From contig JBITNC010000002.1 of assembly GCA_050084985.1 (NCBI GenBank), forward strand, positions 20,894,001 to 20,958,000: a DNA stretch of 64,000 nucleotides. The letters are read 5' to 3'. The position numbers were made by a program, and so were the translations under genes. The number at the start of each line of letters is the position of its first letter. The stretch's first letter is position 1. This document shows, piece by piece, positions 39,665-51,165 of the stretch. The notes beneath the pieces were generated by a model that was given only the letters and a program-made list of their open reading frames with translations, made no database searches and was not told the DNA's origin. Origin of the DNA: Nageia nagi. Taxonomy: Eukaryota; Plantae; Pinophyta.

Positions 39665-42406
39665 TTTTCGTTGCTATTTGGGAAGGAATGAATGGGATCA
39701 TCAATTTGGTCAAGATGGTCTCTTTATCAAGATTGACTTTGAAAAGGCTTATGATAGAATTGAATGGAATTTCATTCTTACCATGTTGACAGCTTTGGGC
39801 TTTGGTTCAATTTTTTTGTAGTCTATTCAGATGCTTTTCAGGGATGCCTTAACCATTCTTACTTTGAACGATCTTATTCCCAAGCTATCACTCTTACCCA
39901 TTCTATTTTTTAGGTTTCCCCTTTGCTCCTTCCTTATTTATTCTTGTTACTAAAGCCTTTATTAACCTACTAGTGCATTCTCAGAATCAATTTCTCAATG
40001 GGCATTTTGTTAATGACTCTTTCCTTACCCTAAATGAAGATGAGCAATCTATCATGTTGCTCTTTAGTGTTTGGACACCTTCTATTTAGCTTTAGGTTCT
40101 AGTATTCAATGGTAGAAAACTTCTTGTTACCATCAATCCCCCAAGGATACCCCTACCTATCTTGTTAATTATCTCTAGAAATGGATTCATCCTAGTGAGG
40201 TGTTTAAATTTCTTGGCATTCTCTTTTCCTTTCAGGCTTCTCCTACTTAACTCTGGATGTAGTTATTCAAAAGGTTGGTAAAAATTTAGAGTATTGGTCC
40301 ATTAGGAAACTTTCCCTTGCTAGGAAGTTTCAAGTGTGTTCTAAAATTCTGGCTTCTACACATGTTTACTACTCTACTTGTTGGGTTCCCTCTAAGAATT
40401 TTTACTACAAACTTAATCATCTATTGTGGGATTTTATTTGGGCCTCTAACAAGCAAAAGAGAAGCTTTCACAGAGTTGCTTGGAGCATTTGTTGCCTTCC
40501 TAGACTGGATGGAGGTATGGGACTTTTTAACTGCAACCACCAAGGGTTTGCACTTTGTGCTAAGTGGATGCTTCATGCTCTAGAGGGTAAGGAGGCTTGG
40601 AAGATTCTAATTAGGCATTGCATATCCACGAATTTCCTATTGGCAAAAAGGTTTGGACCTTCAAATGCTTCTCATGGCACGAGTGCCATAAAAATTACTA
40701 GTTCCTTTGTGGTCAAGAGTATATGGAAAGCTGGGAGGCCTTGAAACCCTAGCTTAAATGGAAAATATCTAGGAAAGGTTTTGGAGCCTCCTACTCTTCC
40801 TTGAGCCTATGGTGGTCTTGACTATCACACATGAAGGCCTCCCTCTTGCCTAAGTTTAATGGATTCATGCTTTTTATTTTCATAGAAAAGGGATTGACTC
40901 ATTTCGTGATCTTTTTGATTGTCAAACCAAGAGTTTGTTCTCCTAGGATAAATTTCGAAGCATGTATGGCCTCTCCCCTAATAACAAGTCCACATTTGAT
41001 TACATTCTAGACAAAGCCCCCTTTTCTATTTGGGTTGGGTTGGGAAAGGTTTTCCAATCTCCTTGGTAGAAGGATTGGGCTTGGCCTAAAAAAGTTAGGT
41101 TAATGAAGTACAAACCCACCTTGGGCACTCTTGGCTTTCTCCTCATGTTTCTATGTAGATATTCTCAATTTATGATGGGATCTTGTCTCCTCACCATCTT
41201 AGTGGTGACTGCATATTTGCAAAATTTGGAAGTCCTATCTTTGGGAAACCTAAGCACAATTTTTTTTTGTGGAGTTTATTCATTAGGCTTGCCTATTGGG
41301 GTTCGAAGAAGTTATTTGTGAAGTGCTCAATCCAACTTATGCATTTTGTAACTCCCCTGAAGACTTTTTGCATGTGTTTTGGTCCTATTTGAAAGCCAAG
41401 GAAGCTTGGGATTGGATTCTATCTTTTTTTAACCAGTTCTTGGTTACTCCGTGTTCTTAGGTTCATGCAATTTTAGGAGACCTGCTTCAGTTTTCAAATC
41501 CCTATAGAAAGTTTGGCACATTTTTCATACCACTATCCTGTTTCATCTTTGGAAAGCTAGAAATAGAATTATTTTTGGTAGGGAGGATGTCTCTACTTCC
41601 TTTTCTCTTACTGATAAATATGCTATTTTTTACGATGCTTGGTTGCAGATTATTGTGCAAGTAGAGAAGATAAACATGGAAGTTCAAATCTTACATCATA
41701 TGCTAGACTTTTGGGCCAATGCCCCCTATGCCATGAGGAGAGTTCCCCTGATCAACCTCCTCCTCAATAGTGGCTTCAGCAATTATGTTCTTGGGGTTCA
41801 CAATGATGGGCTTCCAGATATGGTTCCTCATGGGACCATCCTTCCTCTTCACCCGGATTTCACTAGTCTCAACCATCATAGAATCCCAAGTAGTTCTGCT
41901 CAGATATGCCCTCTCCCTCGCGTGTTCATTCTAGCTGGGATGTACATCCAAGGGAGTCTCCTTCAGTGGTTGGTTATGGCCATGGATCTCCTCATCCTCA
42001 GAGTAGCTAAGGGGGGTGTGTTAGAATTGGTTGGCGAGCCTCACCCTTAGCCTCCTATGCCTGTTGTTACGACACCTGAACTGGATGGCACTTCTCTCGA
42101 GGTGGGCCATGATGGCTAGAATGATGCTCCCTCTGATAACCATGGTTGGGCCTACTTGGGGTCAACTGACAACTTCGCCCCCCCATCGTCCTTAATAGTT
42201 AGTTTTCTTTTTAGTTATGCTTCACTCTGTAAGGAGTTTTTGGTCTCCCGATTAGCTGTCTACTTTTGTTTTGGTGTTGGTTTTATGCTTCCTAACCCAG
42301 GTACAGTTAGTGTGACTCTTTTGGGGTGTGCTCTCTACCACCGACCCCTTTTGTATGACTAGATTTATATTTTAATAATATTAAGTCTTTTCATTCAAAA
42401 AAAAAA
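39665..42406 (+). mobile_element. 5'-truncated, decayed L1-type LINE (ORF2 RT to poly-A)
   Basis: KIDFEKAYDRIEW (RT), FHRVAWSICCLPRLDGGMG, HLSGDC (zf-RVT remnant). A10 tail at 42397-42406. No TSD found. Confidence 0.85.
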
Positions 42407-42625
42407 TGACGCTAAGTAAATGTAATCTATAACAAATATAAATAAAATCAAATAGTACCATAATGTTAAAAATATAACATTAATATATTAAAGATATGTA
42501 AAACTTTTCTATCTTAGTAAAATTCTTTTATGAAATCACAGGCCTTGATTAAGTTGCTATCGCAAACAGATATTTAGTCCTTGTAATGATATGACATCTT
42601 AGAGGATGAATTAGATCTGGAAGGC

Positions 42626-43210
42626 CTAGCTGGAGAGGGAGCAGAGACGATGGTCTCCAGGCTTATTGCAGCGCCCTGTAAAGACCCCCATCGGATAGTC
42701 CCCTGCCAAATTCAGAAACGAAACGAAATCTGAAGGACAACTTGTGCTGTAATCATTTACATGCTTGACGTATTTGCAGGCGACCTCGTTGAATGCATCA
42801 CAACATTCTTTTTCATTGTATTGTGGAGCTCTGCACACCTTGGTCACAGCGGAATAATCCACAGATGAAAAGTCCACCTTGCAGGCTGCAAAGACAACAA
42901 ATCAACATTCATTATGTTCTACAAATGCGAAGGCAAACAACCCAAATGTGTTTGATAGAAATGGATAGAAGCTGCAACGGCTCAATCTTTTTTTTTAGGG
43001 TTTTTCAACTTACGCTTGCTAAGCACATGAACAAAGCGGGGTTGCTGCTCCTTTAGATCTTTCCCTGCATCCAACAAAATCACATCAATATGTTTTTCAA
43101 GGCACAGTGTTGTAATTCATATGAACAAATTGCTTATTACCTCCAATCACAATCCCTGCCAAGGCGAGTAAGAGCAGAATCTTGGGCAAGAAAAAGCTCA
43201 GAGAGGCCAT
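42626..43210 (-). CDS. LLG: LORELEI-like (LLG) family protein, 126 aa, signal peptide plus 8-Cys domain, no GPI tail. Exons 43141-43210, 43014-43064, 42626-42885
   Basis: Canonical phase-1 GT-AG introns give MASLSFFLPKILLLLALAGIVIGGKDLKEQQPRFVHVLSKPCKVDFSSVDYSAVTKVCRAPQYNEKECCDAFNEVACKYVKHVNDYSTSCPSDFVSFLNLAGDYPMGVFTGRCNKPGDHRLCSLSS*. Cys spacing and CxVDF/ECC/ND/YPxGxF match the LRE/LLG family. 381 nt, open frame. Confidence 0.88.
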
Positions 43211-43267
43211 GTTCTATCGCTGCAATTTGTTTCTGAAAGACTTATTAACGTCCAATAAGCATAGCTT

Positions 43268-43275
43268 TATTTATA
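43268..43275 (-). promoter_or_regulatory. TATA box of the LLG gene
   Basis: TATAAATA about 58 nt upstream of the ATG at 43210. Confidence 0.6.
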
Positions 43276-45029
43276 GACATAGATATGGAGAGGAATGCAG
43301 TCTACAGGCTTCTCCAAAATCTGGTGAAGTTGGTGTGTTGGGCAGATAGATTGATGATCCGTGCACGCCAACGAGTTTATTTATGTCTGATTTCGTGTCT
43401 TCCATTCTGTGGTAACTCGAGTTGTTCACCATCACCTCGTTCTTTCCAGTTTTACGAGCCACCGTTAGGTAATATTGGTCATAGGTAGATGACATGGCAA
43501 ATATATTTAAGTTTTTTTAATTTGTGGGAACTTATTTAGGAAACTAAATAACCATTTATGAGTAATATGTAATGTTTTTGTTGATTCATTGTAAATTGTA
43601 CTTCATTATTTAAAAGATGTTGATTGAAGATGATATATGTTACGAAAGAGAATTAGACCTATTCTACTAATGATATTATTTATGGATAGTAGTGTAGGTT
43701 TAGGGCTATATTTATTCTGTTAATGATATTATTTATGGATAATATTTAATTAGTTCAAGTTTTGTAAATTTAATTTTTTATTATAAAATACTGAATAATA
43801 ATAAGCATAATAAGTAATTTTAAACTAGTTTTGATATAACCCCTTATATATCAAAAAATACTGAAAGATATCATTTCGAGACGCCTATCTCATTTCTTGG
43901 TATAATAATGTTATGGATGACTGTATTGACTCTGTTAAAGTATAAATATCAATCTACTTATTCAAATATCAAAGTAGAAGTGCATTGGCACTGCGTGGTG
44001 GAGATGCATGGCAAATTGAAAACCATGAAATGTGATGGAAACAATATAAACTAAATTAATTTGGTATAATGGGGATTTTACGATCTTGTGTTGATTTTAT
44101 TGAATAACTTTCTAATGAAAAGAAGGCATCAACAACGAATATGTTAGACCAAGACATGTAAAACTTTGTGAATTCAGAGCATTTTTTGATAAACTTTGTG
44201 AATTCAGAGTATAAATTGTATGTAAAATAAGAAATAAGAAATATTACAGTAAAAATATATTTACAATGGCAGAGAATTAACTTACAATAAAATTAAAGTT
44301 CTCTTCTGTTTTTACAATCTTTTGTTCCAACTTCGCTTGTTCGAATTCACTGCATCTCTCGATTGATTTGGGAATGAATTTTTATGATGTTTGATATTCT
44401 TTCTTCCATTTATATAATAATTTTTGAAAAGATGTGTCTTTTAATATTTCATTCGGCTACATAATTTTAATTTAAAAAAAATTATTTTCCCGCCAATTGT
44501 TTAACGGACGGACTCACATGCGACATTTTGCTCCCCCACTCCACCCCCCATGCTGCAGCTGTAGAAACGCCTCTCAACGTAAATATTTAAAGATGATGTT
44601 CATTAACCATAATAAGAATTCTATTCTAGTAATGGGTTTTTGTTTTTTTAAAGTTATAAATTAGTTATGATGATATAAGTAGAAAATCTTAGGAATAGAT
44701 GTTAGCATTATTTATTTCAAGTTTTGACCCTCCAAAAAAGTTAGTTGAGAACTTTCATAAGTCGATCTTAGGAAAGTGCAAGTATGGAACTTTTGCAAGT
44801 CAATGTTAGTATTCCTTCCTCCAAAGTATGACCCTTAAAAAAATATCGAGTCAAAATCAAAAGTCTAAAACTTAGTATTAAGCTAATTTGTAAATGCAAC
44901 AAACCTATCATTATTTTATATAAAGTAAGTAATATAATGTACAGATAAGCCTTCTACATAAAAACTCATATAATCTATCACATTGAAGCTATTATTGAAA
45001 AGAATAACATCAACTCCCTAAAATACTTG

Positions 45030-45730
45030 ACAAAGATAAAATATTCATCATATTTTGGCTTGGATGATTGAGGCTCTACATAAAAATGATCATGCATTCA
45101 TATGCTCATTCAAATTGCCAACATCATTAAAAGGCATAAAAGGTGAATTGATGTTATTTTTATTTATTAATAAGGGTAAACACATTAATAAAAAGTGAGA
45201 AGATTTTTCAAAGGATCTCCATAACCTTTTACAATAAAGTACAACTTTGAGTCCATAAATTAACACAAATTTGTATAAAAAGTATTATAATATGTCAAAA
45301 AGGAGATTGAAGCAAAGTTATCTCTTTTCATTCTAAAAAAGAAAATATACTATTCTTAGAAAATGTTAAAGGGCCCATCACTTCTATGGTATTTATCTCT
45401 ACATGATTTTTGATGAGAATATTTTTTATGTATTGTACAATTCTCTACCTGTTCCAAGGTCATCCCCTTGATCTTGATAAGATTTTCTCTATATTCTCAC
45501 AACTACACCACCATTCATTTTATAATTACAGTTTCTTAGCAAGCTCTTATTTACATTCATATGATAAGAAACACATTTAATCTTTGTGTCAATTCTCAAC
45601 AAAGAAAGTAATCTCGTGAAGTAAAAATGCATATTTTACCTTATTATTTAAATTCTATGTAATCAAGGTGCTATGCACATAATTATAGTTGGAAAAAACT
45701 AACCTTTGAAGCATTAAGCTCCCTTTAAGT
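45030..45730 (-). mobile_element. Highly decayed copia RT fragment
   Basis: Minus strand yields a VKYAFLLHE-like version of DVKTAFLHG. Very degenerate. Confidence 0.3.
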
Positions 45731-48580
45731 ATCCTCTATTTTATTCTTACTTTATCTCTCCATGTGATCTAACTTATCACAATAACTTCATACCTTATCC
45801 TATTTAAATTTACTATATTTTTTAATTATGCAAAGAATATGAATAAAATGATGATACCAATATGATATGTTAAAAATTCATATATGATGATTAATCCTAC
45901 AATTGCAAGATATGAACAAAATGAAAGATTGTAAACTTTTAAGTAGATACAATGGTTAGGTATAAAATTGAGTACATGATAAAACATAATACTTTAAGAA
46001 AGTATCAAAAACTAATCCAAAAGTGGTAAGTTGGGGTAAGTGTAAGAAGATGAGTCCCACTTTTAGTAAAAAAGTGGAAGTATTTTCCCTAATTTTTAGG
46101 CTTGGTCACACTTGATCTTAAAATTTGAAGCACTTAGAGTCAAAGTCTTGAAAAAGGTCACTTGGGTAAAAATGTAGTTGTCAAAGTCTAGTTTTAAAAT
46201 ATGTAATTTATTTTAATACCTAGAAGGTAGAAATTAATATTTGATAGGAATGTTTAAAATCCCACTATTTAAAAAATACAATTTCAAGACCATACCCCAT
46301 AGTGTCCGACAAGCATAATTGGACCTAAATTAAAATATAAATTTTTAAAATCCTTTTGGATAAAGATACCTAAGAAACTAAAGATTGTGTAAGATGTTTT
46401 TTTTTATAATTTTTTCATGAATATTTTTTTATCATTAATTTTTTATTGACCCTAGTTATCATTTCAAAAAGTGCTCATTTCTGCCAAGCATAATTTGACC
46501 TAAACTTATTATTTTCAATTTATATTCTTTTTTAACTTGTGAAGAATTGTATGCAAATTGCACACATACATTTTTTTTCACAATTCTAAAAAAAAGTTAT
46601 TAAATAAATATAATAACCTAGTAGTTCCTAATACTTTATTCAAAATAGGACTCATATTCTTGAGCTTACCTAAACATTCAGCTTAAAATTCCTTATAGAT
46701 AACAAGTTATGGCCTCTTAACACTTTACCCCAAAATGGCATATTAAAGGTTTGTATAATACCATATAACCAAGTCTGTATGCCATGTTAATACTTCCACA
46801 TCTCCTCTCCATATAGTTGATACATCTAATAGAATATTTGAACTTATAAAATATTTATCATAAAATATTCCTTTCCTAAAAAAATTAAATTTATAAATTT
46901 AAAATTTCAAAGTATTTCTAAGGCTTTTTACCCAAAACTTCAAATGCAAAAATGAGGGTTGAAATGGATGCAAATGAAAAAGTACAAGAATTTAACCCTA
47001 AGTAATATTTTGCTATGATTTCAATAATACAAATAATATCTTAAAATTCTTCATGAATCTTCTAAAAATTTATAATTTCTATAAAAATTTATTTCGGTAG
47101 TATCTTGAATGTTATTTATAAAAAAAAGAGTTAAAAATTTGATCACATGCTAAAAATATCCTCTTCTACAAACACACTAAATAAAATTAAAATATGGTAT
47201 CCATAAAATCATGAAATTATAAAATCCCTCCTAGATCCTACAAGAAGCTCTAATTCATGTAATTAACCTTTTCCAAAATCTCCAATAGCTTTGATACTAT
47301 AAAAAATATATGTTTTTTAAAAGAGTTAAACACCATGAGATTTCTATATGAAGTAATAATTAAGAAATAATTTTATAATTTAAATAATGCATAAGATATG
47401 GGTTGGTAGTTTTTTGTTTATATTAGAGGTAGTGTTTGGAGGGAACCAATAATCCATTTACAATCACATCTTGATTTCATCATAAAAGTTATAAATCAAA
47501 AAAACACCTCCTAGTATCATAATACCTACTACTATGCCTTACAAAATCATCCTACATAGTAGGCCTTTAAAAGGTGTAATTCATAACTAAAACAACAACA
47601 ACAATAATAAGAAAACATTAAGCATCCATATTCTTACAAACATACTATGGAACTTGTCCATTTGGATATTAATGCTATTAAAACCTACCAAAGGTGTGCC
47701 TCATAATAATCCTCTCTCCTTAAGAAAAATGGCACTGCTTACTTGGACCTAAATTCCAAATCCTCTTGAGATTTGAAATTCAAAATGTAAAACTTCTCAC
47801 TCAAATAGGAAATAACCATTTGAGCCTTAGAATTTGTGGTACCATATCTCCATCATGATAATTTAGTTAGGTGGATATGCTAGAAAGTACCTCGTTGCTT
47901 CTTTTTTGAGCCATAAAAATTGATCCTTTCTTGCAACATTTTGATTACAATATTTGAACCAACTCCATCAACCCATATGCAAAAACCAAACCAAAACCTC
48001 ACCAAATAGCATGGATGAGAATACTTTCATGAGGCTTCTCCTACTAGAAGAAAACACACCTATACAAGTGGGCTCAAGCCCCATTAGAATGTAGAAGAAA
48101 AGAAGACCCCCTTATAATAACTTGTAGGCCATTGATGTATTATGATAGAAACCCAAAAAACCCCATTTGCATACTCCTCAACCATTTTGAAAGGAAAATG
48201 GAGTGTTGAAATTCTAAATCTCTTAGCTTCTAGATTCCTAAATTGGTTCTTCAATAATTCAAGATCTACACAACCTATGGCCTCCATATACGATGCACAA
48301 ACTTGAGAGCTAACAACTACTTGAAGCAACGGTTTCACACAAAAATTATTTGTTATTTCTTTACCCAAAATTCTTTTAGACCTTTTAATTGTCAATTAAT
48401 GAGAAAAATATATATTCTTTTTATAAGAATAGTGATTTGATTATATTGTTAGTTTGTAATCGAATATTGATAGTAAATTGATTAGTACTTTTATATTTTG
48501 TAAATTATCAATTATACCTCCTATTCATATTCTTTGAATATTTCTCTATTAAATACCTTCAAAATCAAACTTAAACCATC

Positions 48581-50531
48581 TATAGATGCTCAAATATGAT
48601 TTTTATAAATTAATAAATCATATTTATTGTATTAAATAATATTATTATAAAAAGAGGTGTAAATGAACCACATGCAATGTAATGAGCAAATATCAATGTA
48701 AAAGATGTAGATCTCAAGAACACATGCATATATAAAAGAAGATCAAAGTAAGATATTTCATATTCAAGCAAATCCAAATAATGTGTCACAACTGAAATGG
48801 TATCTTTAGACACTAAAAATCAACCTTGGAGTTGTTATGCCCTAGTTGCAGTGATCATCTTTCATTTTTGCATGAGATTAGATTCTTTAAATTTTAGAGT
48901 ATATACACTCTACATTTGACTATTTTTATGATATCGATGCTCTAGTTTCTACATCTGGTGGAGTGGTAATTTGACTACCTAGAGCTCCTTGATGATCAAA
49001 AGGTAGGCATGTGACCACTCATTTTTTATGTACTTGAAAATATATATTTATGAGTTTTGTACCATTAGAGATCAGATATGGCTTATATTGCTTCATATAT
49101 ATTATAGATCATAATAATGAATCATTTATTTAATTCATTATATATGGTTTACATTTTAGTAAACCTACTATTTCAAAGGATTTTGTTCCATAGGGAAATA
49201 TTTTGTACACATATGAGAATGAGCTTCATTTGGATCTCTCTTTTTATCCAAATCCTCATTGGTAACTACTTTAGTAGATTCTAATAGTGACTCATTGGCC
49301 AATGATATGATAGATATCAATGTTGATTTATTGGCCACTACTTTGGAAGATACCAATATTGATATGTTGGCCACTATCTTATAGATACCAATAGTGATTC
49401 ACTTCTTTTGTAGATACTAGTGTTGACATGGTGGGAAAGTAGATTGAAAGGAAGTAATCAAGAGCATAGTTTCTTGGAACCTAAAAAGAAATGAGAAATG
49501 ATATTTATGCTATCTGTAGCCTACAAAAATAAATTCCATGTTTCTATTCCTTTTAACAACAACACACTAGCAAAACCCATGAACTCCTTAGTATCAAAAA
49601 TAAAGGAGTCACCCCCATCCATCAAGCTAGGAGAAGAGAGTTTTTGGTTGCATCATGGGCAATGGTTGAAGGAAGCCATCTTGGAGAGTAGATTCAAAGC
49701 CATAGTCAATCCTTCAAGATGAGATTTTTTGGGTAATTATTTGGGAAACTTAAAAATATCATCTTCCCCTATCTTATTTTTATCTTGATCAACCCATCCA
49801 TAGAACCTTCTTGGGGTAACCAAGTCAAAAAGTGACATCAATTCAATAATGTTTAAGGAAGCATAGTTCAATTTTAGGTATATATATTTCTTCTTTAATT
49901 CTTATATTATGCAATTTTAATTCTTTTCATTACATATTCAAAGAGGGGCAAAATGTAGATGCCTAAATACGATTTTTATTTATTAATAAATCTTTTTATT
50001 GCATTAAATAATATGATTATTAAAATGGGTGTAAATGTACCATAAGCAATGTAATGAGAAAATATCTATATAAAAGGTTTTTATATCAAGACAAATACAT
50101 CTATAAATGATGATCAAAGCAAGATATTCCATATGTAATCAAGTCTAAGGAATGCATCATAATTTAAATGTTATCTTTAAATACCACCAATCAACCTTGG
50201 ATTTGTTATGCCCTGGTTGTAGTGATCATCTTCTATTCTTTGCGTAAGGTGAGATTTTTCATAATTTAGGGCATCCACACTTTGCATTTTACTATTTTCA
50301 TGGTGTCGTGCTCTAGTTCCTACATTTGGTGGAGTGATAATTCAACTGCCCAAAGCTCATCGATGATCAAAAGGTAGACGTATGACAACTTGTTTCATAT
50401 GTACTTGAAAATATCTATTCTTTTATGAGATTTTTACATAAGTTAAAGATTGTATATGGCTTGTATTGCTTCATATATATTATAGATCATAATAATTAAT
50501 TATTTATTTAATTCATTATTTAAGGTTTACA
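48581..50531 (+). mobile_element. Small non-autonomous LTR element (TRIM-like)
   Basis: Direct repeats 48581-49153 and 49954-50531 (T(A/G)TAGATG..TTTACA). PPT aaagaggggcaaaa before the 3' LTR. Flanks CCATC/TCATC (TSD with 1 mismatch). 800-bp internal region with no recognisable domain. Confidence 0.8.
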
Positions 50532-50900
50532 TCATCCTACTTATGGTCATATTAGATTTGAAATCAAGTTAGTAATATGTTAAGATTTTTATTTAATATA
50601 ATTAGTATAACTATAAGTTATTAGAGATTCTATATTTGGAATGGATTCATTTGAAATATTTTTTTTAATACATGTTTCTATATTCTTTATTATCAAATAT
50701 ACTAATTTATTCTTTCCTTTAAATATCTTTTGTTTATATTCTAACTAGATTATCTAGCAAACAACTTTATATCCAAATTTGATAATTTTTTATAAGTGAT
50801 TGGATATGAATTTCTATTTAAGTTGTGGAATCCATTCCAAAATATCCTACTATATTATCATCCATACTCCAAATTTTGTTGTATCCAATGAAATAACTTA

Positions 50901-51103
50901 TATGATGATTATGATGATGATGATGATGAAGATGATGATGATGACGATGATGAAGAAGAAGAAGAAGAAGATGAAATGATGATGATGAAAAAAATGATGA
51001 TGATGATGAAAATGATGATGATAATGATGATGATGATGATGATGACGATGATGATGATGATGATGACGATGATGATGATGATGACAATGATGATGATGAT
51101 GAC

Positions 51104-51134
<31 letters not shown>

Positions 51135-51165
51135 ATGATGATGATGATAGTGATGATGATGATGT
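50901..51165. repeat. (ATG/GAT)n compound microsatellite, ~265 bp
   Basis: Directly visible, with a (GAA)n patch and GAC interruptions. Confidence 0.97.

Noticed and set aside
43271-43495. Overlapping ORFs upstream of LLG as a separate gene
   Set aside because: No recognisable motifs. The position immediately upstream of the LLG TATA box fits promoter sequence.
46036-48400. Possible Mutator-like DNA transposon (ORF 48084-48395)
   Set aside because: It looks repeat-like, but no TIR pair, TSD or transposase motif could be supported by eye.
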